Source of the DNA: Podarcis pityusensis
Lineage: Eukaryota
Reading direction: 5' to 3' (one strand)
NCBI GenBank assembly: GCA_964106645.2
Contig: OZ067039.1
Length of the DNA stretch: 64,000 nt
Positions 1-12,052 of the stretch are shown in pieces. The position numbers and the translations under genes were made by a program. The notes beneath the pieces are model-generated. The model ran no database searches. It was not told the origin of the DNA and saw only the letters and a program-made list of their open reading frames with translations. Positions within the stretch are counted from its first letter, which is position 1. Every line of letters begins with the position of its first letter.

Positions 1-944
1 GGGGAATTCAGGGCACAGGATAATCCAAAAGCGCGTCTCAACGTGGAAATTTATGTTTACAACCGTATTCAAGCTCCAAAGTCCCTGCTACGTAACCCCG
101 AGACGAGAACATCCAGTCCCTTCAATAGGATAAGTTTAGTAGGGCCACAGGAACCAGCCAGCTTCGGGATCGAGCCAATCAGGAGCGATGGCGCCACCCA
201 CAGAAGCTTCGCTGCCCACTTACCAGCGGGATCGCAGCCAAGAGCCGGGGCTCTGCGATTGGCGCTCTCCAACCGCGAGCGCTCAGCTGATGCGAATTGG
301 CCCGCCGATCTCTTCCACCCACATTCAGAGCAACCCGTTGCAAACCCTGCGCTAGCAGCGGGTACCGTAGAGACAGAAGCCCCGTCGAAACGCAGAGAAG
401 GGGGAGCCAAAGAGTGTCCGCCAAGAGAGAAAAGCAAACAAGAAGGTCGGAGCCTGCCCTGTTAACGGGCAGCAGCTTCGGTACCAGGCGAGCATGATAC
501 AGGAAGCCCTCCCTCCACGTGCATGCGGCACACACACACGACACACACAACGCGCGTTCTCCCCGTGAGCGGACGCACGACGCGATTCGGCACCTGCTCT
601 ACCCGGAAACAAGCCTGCCCGCCCCACCGAGCTTATGGACTCCCTCCGCTAAGCGCGCAGGACAGCAGCAGCAGCAGCCTCCTGCTCTGGATCCCGCGCT
701 ACCCGCGTCCCCCGGAGGGGCTTTGGCAGCGGCGCACAGAAAGCGCCACCCGAGAGGCCACCTGCCGTGGAAATGCCCCACGGCGGGTGACAGGAGCGCC
801 GCCGTCGCGGACGCGAGCGCAGCCCAGCCGAAAGCAGCGCGGACGGGCGTTGCTATGGGGACAAGGGGCAGCCGCTTCGGAGCCACGGCGGCAACCGCGG
901 CAAAGCGAGCGGTTGCCATAGAAATACCCGGGGAAGCGTCTCTT

Positions 945-968
945 CTGCTGCTGCTGCTGCTGCTGCTG
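945..968. repeat. (CTG)8 trinucleotide repeat; (CAG)5 also present at 663-677
   Basis: Read directly from the sequence. Confidence 0.95.
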
Positions 969-1045
969 CAGGTGGGCCCCGTCCTGTCCCCCTCGGAAAC
1001 GGGCTTGGCTGCCTCCCCCGCCCACCCACCCACCCAAGCGCTCAC

Positions 1046-1128
1046 CATCCGTCGCACCACACGCGCACGGGCCGGTTGGCGCCTTTGCCAGAAGGGGAGG
1101 AGGCCCCGGCAGCTCCGTTCCGCAGCAT
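1046..1128 (-). CDS. PCYT2: Ethanolamine-phosphate cytidylyltransferase, first coding exon (gene continues off the left edge)
   Basis: ATG at 1128 gives MLRNGAAGASSPSGKGANRPVRVWCDG plus 2 nt, matching the PCYT2 N-terminus (MIRNG...VRVWCDGC). A GTGAG donor follows at 1045. The exon lies in a CpG island directly downstream of SIRT7, as in the mammalian locus. Confidence 0.93.
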
Positions 1129-1531
1129 CTCCGACCAGCGAGTGCCGGGCTCTTGGGCGGCTGGCCTGACCCCGGCGCTGTCACTCGCTGGGACCTCCCT
1201 CGTCACGTGGTCAGGGAGGAGCCGCAGCTCTCGAGCGCGCAGCCATCTTCGGTGGCCGTCACCTGACCAACAGGCGTCGCCCCCCCCCCGCGCTGCCTTA
1301 CGGCGCGCGCGTCGCCCCGCCCCCTTCACAGGAACCCTCTCCTTGAGTGGGGACTGGGCGCCCCGTTCTCTCGGTCCTTCATTGCTGCACCATCTCCCTT
1401 GTGCCGGACGCTCACCGGCCTTCCTCCGCTGCTGGAGACATTTGAGCTCTCTTCCACGCCAGATGTCAGCTTTTGCATCATAATAAGCAAAGTGGCGCCT
1501 ATTCCCTACCCCAGGACCCTCAAATACTGTA

Positions 1532-1754
1532 CAGTGGTACCTCAGGTTAAGTAATTCGTTCAGGTGGTCCGTTCTTAACCTGAAAACTGTTCTTAACCTG
1601 AAGCACCACTTTAGCTAATGGGGCCTCCTGCTGCTGCCGTGCCGCCGGAGCACAATTTCTGTTCTCATCCTGAAGCAAAGTTCTTAACCGGAGGTACTAT
1701 TTCTGGGTTAGCAGAGTCTGTAATCTGAAGCGTACGTAACCCGAGGTACCGCTG
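1532..1754. mobile_element. Tc1/mariner-pogo-type MITE, family A
   Basis: TIRs CAGTGGTACCTC...GAGGTACCGCTG with TA on both sides. Orientation is opposite to the copies at 13324, 34077 and 35426. Confidence 0.88.
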
Positions 1755-1852
1755 TACATGGTATTTTGTAGGACTGCCTTGCTGAAGGGAGACCAAAGCC
1801 CTTGTGATTCTGTTTCCCCTGGCACCCACCCGTATACGTCTGAGACACACGC

Positions 1853-2224
1853 TAGGGTTGCCACCTTTGTTCTGGCAAAATACAGAACGGTGGGGCGGAC
1901 GCAATTTCCACCCTGCATCTGTTGCTTGAGTGATTTCAAAACAATCCATTACAATTGATTGCAGCCTAACAGGATGGCCCCTCTGAAATCTCAAACTCAC
2001 ACACACATACGCATGAATTTGTAAATCTGTCTCTGGTTCGCTACCCAGGGCTTAAATACATGGCCTTTCGCACACATGCATTTGGAGAGGATCCCTAACT
2101 TGGCAGAAAAAAAGAGCGCTGAGGAAATACAGGACAAGCTGTCTCCTGTATTGAATGCAGGGCGTAGCATTTTACACTGAAATAGAGGGCGATCCTGTAT
2201 TATACAGGACGGGTGGCTACCCTA
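1853..2224. mobile_element. Non-autonomous DNA transposon (Harbinger-like termini)
   Basis: Terminal inverted repeats TAGGGTTGCCACC...GGTGGCTACCCTA. Family assignment is inferred. Confidence 0.55.
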
Positions 2225-2412
2225 CCCTTAAGACCACTTGCAACAATCTGGCACCATTGTACTGCACATCTTCTGAGGATGTAACCCTTGCTGTAACAGA
2301 CCCATGTTTAGATAAAACATGCACACCCAAATGTGGTAGTTATCAGCGTTGCTGACACCAACACAAATGTGGGAATATAAGCTGTGTGCTACAAAAACCA
2401 CAGTCATTGCCT

Positions 2413-2431
2413 TTTATTGTTTTATTTTATT
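2413..2431 (-). terminator. Likely SIRT7 polyadenylation signals (three tandem AATAAA)
   Basis: TTTATT on the plus strand at 2413, 2421 and 2426, about 260 nt past the SIRT7 stop. Confidence 0.7.
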
Positions 2432-2687
2432 AATAATATTTAATAATTGACAGCCCTGAGTATTAAACACCAACCTCTCCTCAGCCACAGCAGAAACCAA
2501 GCTAGGCTTCAGCCTCTGTTTACAAACTGAGTAGTTGTACAAAACATTTATGAAAATAGCAGCTGTGTTTTTCCAGTTAGCCCAGCAATTCTGGTCAAAT
2601 CCAGTGCAGGTGTAAGGTCTTGTCCTGATTTTAGCAACTTCAGTTGGTCCTCAAGGTTAAAAAAAACACACCCTTATAATGCCATTA

Positions 2688-2889
2688 TCAAGACACTTTT
2701 CTTTTCTTGGTGCCTTTTGCACAGCCCCTGCCAAACCAGCCGCCAGAAAGGGGTCCCACGGGCGTCTGCTGTTGCTCTCCCAGCTGCACTTCATGAAGAC
2801 CTACTGGTGGAGCCACAGCTCTCCTGCTATGACTGCCTTCTTCTTCAGGTTGCAGAGGAACAGCCAAAGAGAAAATGGGGTCCTTTGTT
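2688..2889 (-). CDS. SIRT7: SIRT7 exon 10 ([11 protein letters not shown]...KKRKVS*)
   Basis: TTTGCAG acceptor; TGA stop at 2690-2688. Confidence 0.93.
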
Positions 2890-5800
2890 CTGCAAACACA
2901 ATAATATGTAATATTAAGTTTGCAGCACCCAGAGAATTACCATAAGGCCCAAGTATCAAGTGAAAGGGTGTGTTTAGAACCATGCATGATATACTCCAGT
3001 AAAACAGGGCTGGACTGCAAGTCCTCACAAGTGCAAGTATGTTCAGTGCATATTTCTATCCTGATACAAGCCATGTTTAAATTACATCACATTATGAAGA
3101 AACAAGAAGCTATATTTAATTATAAACCTCTGTGTATGATATTGTATAAGCAGACAAGAACCAACATTTAGATTAAATGTAGAAGAACCTACATTTAGAA
3201 TCTGCTCATTCAAAAATCTGCTACTATCTACAAGAGTGAAGTATTAGTGTATAAGGGCACAGAGCTCAAGCAGAGCATTATCTTTGCTGACCTGTCATAG
3301 CAAGGGATGGGAAGCCCCAGCTCATCCATCAATAGCTTCATCACATCATCACATTTCCCATGAAGTTTCAGGGCTGCCAGATCATCCTTTGGTGTCCACT
3401 GTAGACAGAACAGTAATACTGTGAATGAAGTGAACTGACTTAGCACTGCTACCATGACATTCACAATGATTTTCACGCGTCACGTACTAGGTTTTCACTT
3501 TTATTGTAAAAATGTTGGTAACATGTTTATCCCATGGCAAAGGAACGAAACTTCGACATAAACACGTGAACAACATAAAAAATTATTTGAAATCTGACAA
3601 TGTGGCTTGTTACAGAATTACTTTCAACCAATGATAAGTAGGAATCCACCAGATGGCTTCTAGACAGTGGCATAGCATGGATGGGCCACAGGGGTCTTTG
3701 CCCTGGGCACAAAATTTCAAGATTAAAAAAACAACAACGAGCCCTTTCTGACCCAGAAAATCTCCCAATGATCGTGTGGGCAGACTGAGGAGCAGATTTG
3801 GGCAATGGCTGGTTGCATGGGCTTTACAATGATACTTGCTCCTGATCAATTCCCAGTCCCACTCTCTGCCATGCTCGATGCTCATGGGGCACCGCAACTG
3901 CCACTCAGGAAGGTCGCCAAGCTATTGCCCCTTCATTCCAACATATCAGCGGGCAGAGTTGAAGAGCTCCGCCCTGCAGCCCCCTTGCCAGCTGGTGCTG
4001 CTGGGGTTGCCAGTGACAACATGGAATAGGAGGACAAGTGTGTTATCAGCCATGGACCAATCAATGAAGGGAGCTTTGGTCCATAGGGATGTCCCATTCA
4101 TTACCATACATTCTACTCAGACACGTCAATTGCTTATTTTTTGTATATCCTTTAAACCTAAACATTTCTTTTCTTATCTATTTCTCTTTTAGAAACTACT
4201 TAGCTCCTTATTCAATCCCATATGCCCAACTGCACAAAAACATATTTCACATTGCGCAATTTTTTGATAATGCACAAAATTTGTCCAGCTGCATGACGGA
4301 ATAAACCTTGAACTTTGGTCCTACCCTATAAACACATGGAAGCAACTAAAGTAATCATATACACTTGCATATATCACCAGAGCAAATTGCTCTGCCCATA
4401 AATGACAAGGCTCAAACTAACCTGGAGATTTACAATGTAGAGTTTAGGGCGGTGTCTGGGTGGTTTGCTCATGCACCACAAATGTGGATACTTCTTCAAA
4501 ACCTGTTGTGAGAAGGACAACACAACCAAAATATTCATCAGTGCTAGAAGAGGGAAGGAGTCCCAAACTTTGAGATACGTGGCAACACAGTTCATCTTTA
4601 GTCATTTGTGTTCATCTTTAACCAATGCCTACTGCAAACTACTTAGAAGGGATGCGGGAAGCAGGAACAGTCTTCTGGTACCAACTTCCAGGATTACATG
4701 GTTGCCAAGGCTTTTGCAGGATTCAACATCTGTAGCAGAATTTCTATCAAATGCAAATGACCAGTCCCAGTAAACATCTCAAGTGTACTGTCTGGAGTGA
4801 TGATGGGCAACACACAGGCTTCTGCTAAAATTTAAGTGATCATATTTATAGTCCAATGGCTAGCATGCCCAAAAGACTCAAACCAAACACTTTTGCAGGT
4901 ATTGCAACTATTAAAATACACATAACTAGCAGTCACCTCAGCTAGCTCAGGTAGACGGTTGTACAGTAAAACAGGCCTAGGTGTCAAGTTCCAATGCGGC
5001 TTCCTCCCAGGGAAATGTACTTAGGACTACAGTCCCACTTGGCAAGAAACATGAAAAACTGTATAAACTAAAAATACTTCCTCAAAACACCCTAAAGTAT
5101 GGAGATGGATGGGGAGAAGTAGAACTGTAAGCAGGAGATGATCCTCTTGTAAAACACTGGCCAATTCCTGATGGAACATCTAGTAACAGCTAGTTGCTGG
5201 GATTGTTGCAAAGCATGCTGGACTAGATGGGCCTTTCCTTGATCTTGCACAGCATTTATAGCACTCTCTAGCAAGTCTCAGGATCTAACAGCAATAAAGC
5301 TATACAGCAGACCCGCAATTTATGCACGTTTAATTTGTGCGCATTCAGCTCGACACCCTTGGCAATTTAATAATAATAATAATTATGGAGGTGTCTAGGA
5401 AACCTTTGGCAATCCCAACGTGTTTTGACTGTATGCAATTTTGGCTTTATGTGCTATGCTTGGAACACAATCCCACAACCAGCACAAGTTATGGGTCTAC
5501 TGTATTTTAACTGGAAGAGATCCAGAATATGCATTCTGGATTTATATGATTATATTTTAAAAATAGCAAACTACTCAAATATAGTATAAGGCCAATTCAG
5601 GTATCCTTTAGTTCATTCTTACATTTCTCATTTACATAGAGAGGCAAACACTAACATGTTGAAATAATACAAACTGCCTTATTGGGAAACTTTAAAAATA
5701 TATATCCTGGGTTATTTAGCTATGAACCACTTAACCATATACATCCTTACTTTAATCCAGGTTTGGGGACCTTTGGCTCACCGGATGTTGCTGAACTACA

Positions 5801-8800
5801 ACTCTCGTCATCCCTGGCCATCAGCCATGCTTGCTAGAGCTGATGGGAACTGCAGTTCACCAATGTCTGTAGGGCCAAAGGTTTCCCACTCCTGTTTTAA
5901 TCTCTAATTGAAAGGGGGGGGGGATGCAAGCCAAGACATTCATACAAACCAAATTGCTTTATGAAACGCTTGCCTTTTCAGACTTACTTTTTTTAAAAAG
6001 CTTCCTATCTTTGACCAGATATTTGAAATCTGTTTCCATAACCTTCCCCTGGCATATATTTGGCTATAACCAATGACACAGGAAAATATTCTCAAAGGAT
6101 TCTATTGCTACATTTTTAAGAAGCTCTACAGGAGGAAATACATACTTATTTGTGCCTATGTTGCAGAAACTTCTATTGTTACATTTCTAAGAAGCTCCAA
6201 AGGGGGAAATACATACATATTTGTGCCTACGTTGCAGCAAACACTTTCACAATAAACCTTAAAGACTATAAATTGAGGTGTCAGTCTGCCGATTTCAATA
6301 TAATTCTAGAATTTTAAAAATAAAACCATTACAGAGTATAGTGCAATTGTACATCGAATGACATTTTCTCCTGCCTTACCTTCAAGCTAGATCCCAAGCA
6401 CAGGATCACATCTGCTTTGCTTGCAGCCTCTATTGCTGCCTCCCAGTTCAAGGGCTGCTGCAAGATGCCCTTCTCCCCAAAGTGTACAATTGTATCTCTT
6501 AGTTGTGCCCCACATTTGTGGCACACTCTGCCGGTATGATGCCTGTGCAAGGCTGTGCGCTCCGTCACGTCAAACACTCGCACGTATTCACGATTGGGTG
6601 TGCAGGATGTGCAAACCTAATTTTGAATGGAAGCACAGAACCTCAGTTATTATTCCCTATGGTACTATGGTACACTAAGCCCCGCTCTCTGCATATGCTC
6701 ACCTCTATATACATGTTTCCATGCAGCTCAGATAGGGCTTCTCGAGGGAGCCCACTGCGCAAGTGGAGCCCATCACAGTTTTGTGACACCACATGCTTTA
6801 CCTAAACAGGGAAAATTAGAGTGTTAAGCATGGAGAAAGTAGAGTTAAAAGCAAGTCACTTCTTGTTTCCCTTTATCAGCAGTTAAGATATGATCTGCAC
6901 AGTTTGCATGTTAAATAGCCAACCTTCCCCTCCCTTTCTCATTGCTCTGCCAAAACAGGTGGAGGAGATATAGCTGATTAGCAGGAACACAGACAGTGGC
7001 TAAATGTGGTTGCCTGATAAAGCATAGGTGGACAATATCTGCTCACCAGGAGTGAGCACTATGGTCTCACCTCTATTTGAGGTGCCAGTGAGTGAAAGTA
7101 GCAGAGTTAATGATAAAAGACAGCATAGCCTTGTATTCTAAATGAGAGAATATCATCAACAAGTTGGGTGGTTTCACAGACTGGTACAGAATCCATCATT
7201 TCCTAATTTAAGAAATTGCTTTCAAAAGCAGACAGCTCTTGGAGGAGTGCGCCAAAATTAACGCTATGTATTTGTAACCCACATGCAGCATCATTTCTAT
7301 GGTGCCGTCAATATACAGTGTCATACCGGAGTCTTTTAAAGTAACCGAGAAAGTACAGAGTGTGTTAAGCAGCCTATAAACCTCCCATACAATATGCCAC
7401 AAACCTGTTAATTCTTCGTGGATTCTGGCTGCCTTTTACAGCAAGTAATATCTATTTATGTGCTATCACTTCAACCTATAATTCCATCCTGTGCAGGAAC
7501 CAAGTACCTAACAGGGAGGTTCATTTTCGGAGTCCTAAGTGCCAGCCTCCAACACACATACAAAGACTCTGCTACTCTAAGCCCCATATCTGATTCACTT
7601 TGTCTAACAATGCAGTATTTGTGCAGGGAGGGGGTGCATGGCCTTATCCTCTGCACTGAGAGGCTCTCCAGCATCTCAGATTCTCCAGACATAATATCCG
7701 TTTCACATTTAATGCCTCAACTACGTTCCCCACTGGTGCCATCTCTTTTTGCCCCTGGGTGTATAGGATTGACTAATATGCAGCCTTACCAGTTTGTGGT
7801 TGTGCAAACAGGCGATGCTCATGTGGGTGAGTGTGGGCTCTGCCTCACTCAGATCCACAGCCCTGGCAAGTGGAGATAAAAACTGTATTAAATATCGGTA
7901 GTCAATCTCACATGTTCCAGTGGAGCCTTCTCTGAGAAGGTGGAAAAGATCTTCTAAGAAATTTCCCAAGCACCAGGCAAGCATCTGAATGGTCAAGTTT
8001 TGGTTACCTGATACTCCTCCCTTTCTGCAGCATTGTCCATACCCCATTAGGGCCTCTGTAGTCAGGAATTGAGGCTGCCTGTGTTACCAGGAGACATAAG
8101 AGAAAAGGGGCCTTCAGCAATACACAGCCACACTCATCAGCAACTTTGTCTGCCACATCCTAAAAGCCCTGCCAACCCCCATAGTCTCCTGCTCAGACAT
8201 CTCTCCACTGCTACCATCATCCAAAACTGAAAGCCCTTCATGATACAAGCACATGCCCCCATCAGTCAACTAACACCATACTGAAATCTGCCTGAGAAAT
8301 GGCCTCAACATTTTCCTCCATCATGAAAAATCTTATTCCAAACTTCTTCCTAGCTAGGGCACTTAAGCTGCTCACATGGCAAACATGTGATTAATCTGTC
8401 CTGCTCTTCTGCCTCCCAAATTGCTAAGGCAGATTACCGTATTTTTCCAAGTATATACAGTATATGCCCCCGTGTATAAGATGCCTCCTATTTTGGGGGA
8501 CTCCAAATTAAGAAAATGGGAGGAGATTGCCAAGAGTTGTTAAGCTTTTTGGGGGGAGGATTGCCCAGTTACAGAGCTTATAGAACAATAACTGTATTGT
8601 TAGACATTCTCACGCATTGCCAATGACATCAATCGTAAGCACGGTCGCCAACAGCACTCACCAATCGCCCGCCAAATTGCCGCAGTGGCAGCAAAGCCAC
8701 AACAGATCTTGCCACATCCACCAGTCAACCACCAATCAAAGATGACAATCTCCTGCAAGCCGCAGCAACCTATCACCCGTCACCACACTGCCATGTATAA

Positions 8801-11800
8801 GACGACCCCCGAATTTTAACTTAATTTTAAAATAAATAATCCTCGTCTTATACACAAAAAAATACGGTAGTTGCACAACATAACAGAATGGAAAAACCCA
8901 GCCAGCCAAACAGCATCTCCCACTGTCCAACAGCTGCTTTGCCAAAGGCAAGTCTGATAAAATGCTCTTTTCTTCCCAATAACATGGGACAGCCAGAGGC
9001 AAGAACATGATGTTTCTGCAGCTTTCCTGTTAGGGACAGCTTTCTGAAAGGAGTCTTCTGTATTCTAGATTGAAAGAGACATGTTCTTTAACATGAAGCG
9101 ACATAATATGCAGAATGGCTATGTAGACTGGTTCTTAGGTGGGCATGCAAAATGCTAGTTGTTTCTCTGAGACACTTATTATCCAGAGTAGTTCTAACAC
9201 AACCTCTTCGATGGCAAAACCTTAATCTATCTCAAAGGGTGTCAGGCAACTAATTAACTATCCAATGCAAAATCAAATGAATTCTGAGACGCCAGAATTC
9301 CCACCCAATCAGTTAAAAATGCTTCTGAAATGCTGAAATCAGTATTTCATGCAACTCCACAACGTTGTCACCACCACCTGTGCCTGGCATGCAAAAGGTC
9401 ACAGCTTCAATTGGGCTACAAAAGTCTCGTCTGAAGTGCTGAAAAGTCACTGTCAGTCAGTATATTTGTTTATTTCATGAAATCTATATACCATTTGATA
9501 GTAGAAAAAACCCAAAGCAGCTTACAAAAAGAATAGGCAATACTCAGCTAGAGATACCAATTCTATGATTGCATATAAGACAGCTTCCCATTTTCCTGCA
9601 TACATTCAAAACAGTTGTTCCATCATCTCAGTATCCACATTTCCCATACTTCTGATTGGGAGTGCCTCTTCCCTACCTCTAAATAAGAAAGCTGTTAACA
9701 ATACTACAACAAACTATTTTCATAAGTTCAAAACAGTTGTTCTGTTTCACTTGTGAAAGTGGCCCAACTCACATCAAGAGTCACACTACATGTTATACTC
9801 ACCACAAGAGAGCAGTCTAGCTCTTCTTGTTCTGCAAACTCCCCAACCAACAGACAGAATACACTGCACAGGAATCACAATCAAACATGCATGGATGAAA
9901 AAGCTGGTTTTATTTTTGCTTACCTCTCTCATTAACAGATAATTGTCCCTAGGAGGGAACAAAAGTAGTTTGAATACAGTTTCTTCTATATTTATCTGTT
10001 GCTGAGGGAGCCTACAGGATTCTCAACAGTCAGAGCTGGACTGCTCTTGCATGGTGAACATAATGTGTAGCCACACACTAATAAATACAAACCACTATAG
10101 GATCTTGTACCAGGTGATTTTAGAACAGCCAACCACACAGTCTTACCGTACTGATGCCAGCTCCTGTGTAAATGATGAGATGCTTTGCTCCCTGCACAGC
10201 TGCAGAGAGCTTACTGACTTTTCTTTTCAACTCTTCAGGTTCATCACAAACCTAAGAGTGGATGAATGAGGGACTGAAATTATTTCCAAAGGACCACTTC
10301 AGCTAAGCCCTGTATAATTCTAATCACATGACATAAACTCAGCCATGTCTTTTAGTCTCTTCCCTTCGCTCTCTTTCTTTTGTCCTCAACTCTACAAGCT
10401 TTGTAAAGGAAGACATGAAATAGAAGAAAGAGCTTCAGTAAAAACGTCTTACATGTCAGAAACAGGATACATTAATGACATGTGGGAATAAGTGAGGGGG
10501 GACCAGCTCATCAAGAACAAGGAGATGGCTAACAAGAGCATTAACCCTAAACATTTTTCTTTAGAAGGCGTTCTGATGTAACAGAACTTACTTTCAAGCA
10601 CATGGACCAAATCAACTTTGGGCTGTAGAAGAAGAAGAAGAGTTTGGATTTGATATCCTGCCTTTCAGTCCCTTTAAGGAGTCTCAAAGCGGCTAACATT
10701 CTCCTTTCCCTTCCTCCCCCACAACAAACACTCTGTGAGGTGAGTGGGGCTGAGAGACTTCAAAGAAGTGTGACTAGCCCAAGGTCACCCAGCAGCTACA
10801 TGTGGAGGAGCGGAGACGCGAACCCGGTTCCCCAGATTACGAGACTACCGCTCTTAACCACTACACCACACTGGTGCAGAAGTTTGATTTTATAACAACT
10901 GAAAGCCAACTTAAATGCTACTCTAACAGCAACTGGCTCCCTTGCCTTAAAGCCCTCAGTCAAATTACACTGCAGGGTTTTCAGAAACACTTTTCACTTT
11001 TTAACTGGTCTTCCGAATATGACATATATCAGCTAGATAATGGTCTGACTGAACTATGTTCTTCCTGGCTCTGCTTTAAAAAATGGGTGGGGGCTGCTGT
11101 TAAAGGATAGTTCTAAGTGTATATAGGTTTTGAACACAAGCTGCCATGGATGGACATTTGCCCAGAAAAACAGCCTAAATATATTAAATTTTTTAAAAAA
11201 TTGAATAAGTTTTGCCAAGTAGTAAAAATAGAATAATCAGAGGCCTAGGCAAGCCACACTAAGCAGTGTTGGAAAGAATTTACTTTGGACAACGTATTTC
11301 TTAAGGAGGCCACATACTTTCCACTGTGTGTTTTGTCACCTGCAGGTAGTAGCTGAACAAGCAAGATAAATGTATACATGGGTAATACCAGATGCTCATC
11401 CCCTCCGTCCTTCTCACTAGCTCACTCGTTCACTCTAATCCCAACAGAAGTGAAGCGTCGCCGTAGCACCGTAAAGGCTAACAGGCTCGTTTGTAGACTA
11501 GCGCCCACTTAGGGTGCCCCACGCGTGACTCGGTGTTGCTTCTGCCGCCGGCGAGCGACTGACGTGGCTGCCCCGCCGAGAAACCCTCTTTCCTCCGTAC
11601 TCACTCGCGCTCGTTTACGCATAGAGGGGGGCACAGCTAGCAAGGCGCACACACCTCCTCCAGCCGCCGCCGCAGCCTCTCGCGCTTCTTGCCAAGTCGC
11701 TCCAGATCCCGGACGATCTCCTGACAGCCGGAGAGCAGCGCAGCCTCGTCGGGGCTCCGCTCGGCCGCCGGTTTGCGCAGGATCCGCGACACCTGCGGCC

Positions 11801-12052
11801 GAACGGCGGGGGAGAAAGAGACGGAGAGGGAGAGAAAGAAAAAGAAGGGGGCGGTTGATGGGGAAGGAGGGGGCGTGGGCGCAAGGCAGAAACACCTGCG
11901 CCCACAAGCGCTTCAGAGACCCACAACCCCCTCGCCCCAACCGCAGGTCCAGGTACCTGTCTTCGTCGCTCCCGCTGCTCTTCCTGCCGGAGGAACTCGG
12001 CACGAGCCGCCGCTTTCCGTTCCGAGCGGCCCAAACTCCAACCCGCCGCCAT
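2688..12052 (-). CDS. SIRT7: NAD-dependent deacylase sirtuin-7, full gene span, 10 coding exons, 402 aa
   Basis: Exons 12052-11957, 11792-11655, 10251-10147, 8078-8008, 7862-7790, 6801-6703, 6616-6380, 4502-4422, 3398-3292 and 2889-2688 total 1209 nt. All introns are GT-AG. Motifs GAGIST, QNCDGLH, ELHGN, CxxC...CxxC and LGSSL, with C-terminal [18 protein letters not shown]. Confidence 0.97.
3292..3398 (-). CDS. SIRT7: SIRT7 exon 9 ([20 protein letters not shown]...YDR)
   Basis: CAG acceptor, GTCAGC donor, 107 nt. Confidence 0.95.
4422..4502 (-). CDS. SIRT7: SIRT7 exon 8 ([27 protein letters not shown])
   Basis: CAG acceptor, GTTAGT donor, 81 nt. Confidence 0.95.
5305..5502. mobile_element. 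Tigger/pogo-like MITE in SIRT7 intron 7
   Basis: TA-CAGCAGACCC...GGGTCTACTG-TA termini. Confidence 0.65.
5758..5894. mobile_element. Degenerate fold-back hAT-type MITE
   Basis: Imperfect palindrome (CAGG...ACTACAACTC...GGGAACTGCAGT...CCTG) related to the copy at 19488. Confidence 0.6.
6380..6616 (-). CDS. SIRT7: SIRT7 exon 7 ([15 protein letters not shown]...CHKC...LGSSLK), zinc-binding module
   Basis: TAG acceptor, GTAAGG donor, 237 nt. Confidence 0.96.
6703..6801 (-). CDS. SIRT7: SIRT7 exon 6 ([33 protein letters not shown]), catalytic His
   Basis: TAG acceptor, GTGAGC donor, 99 nt. Confidence 0.96.
7790..7862 (-). CDS. SIRT7: SIRT7 exon 5 ([24 protein letters not shown])
   Basis: CAG acceptor, GTAAGG donor, 73 nt. 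Confidence 0.95.
8008..8078 (-). CDS. SIRT7: SIRT7 exon 4 ([23 protein letters not shown])
   Basis: CAG acceptor, GTAACC donor, 71 nt. Confidence 0.95.
8437..8867. mobile_element. Tc1/mariner-pogo non-autonomous element in SIRT7 intron 3
   Basis: TA-CCGTATTTTT...AAAAATACGG-TA termini with internal TATAAGA/TCTTATA repeats. Confidence 0.75.
10147..10251 (-). CDS. SIRT7: SIRT7 exon 3 ([12 protein letters not shown]...YTGAGIST)
   Basis: TAG acceptor, GTAAGA donor, 105 nt. Confidence 0.95.
10627..10874 (-). mobile_element. tRNA-derived squamate SINE (Squam3/MIR-like) with (CTT)n tail
   Basis: Minus-strand head TGGTGTAGTGGTTAAGAG (A box)...GGTTCGCGTC (B-box-like) and a (TTC)n tail. A close second copy lies at 59842-60074. 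Confidence 0.8.
11655..11792 (-). CDS. SIRT7: SIRT7 exon 2 ([13 protein letters not shown]...RRRLEE)
   Basis: CAG acceptor after a pyrimidine tract, GTGTGT donor, 138 nt. Confidence 0.94.
11957..12052 (-). CDS. SIRT7: SIRT7 exon 1 coding part ([32 protein letters not shown])
   Basis: ATG at 12052, GTACCT donor; matches the MAAG..SRSERKAA N-terminus of SIRT7. Confidence 0.94.

Larger units (their letters stand above)
130..1470. promoter_or_regulatory. CpG island over PCYT2 promoter, exon 1 and 5' part of intron 1
   Basis: Very GC- and CpG-rich. E-box CACGTG at 1204-1209, CCAAT/ATTGG boxes at 175, 258 and 296. Confidence 0.85.

Noticed and set aside
43-1483. Many overlapping 90-216 aa ORFs on both strands, some with polyQ, polyL or polyS
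   Set aside because: Expected in a GC-rich CpG island with triplet repeats. Only the 27 codons matching PCYT2 show recognisable homology.
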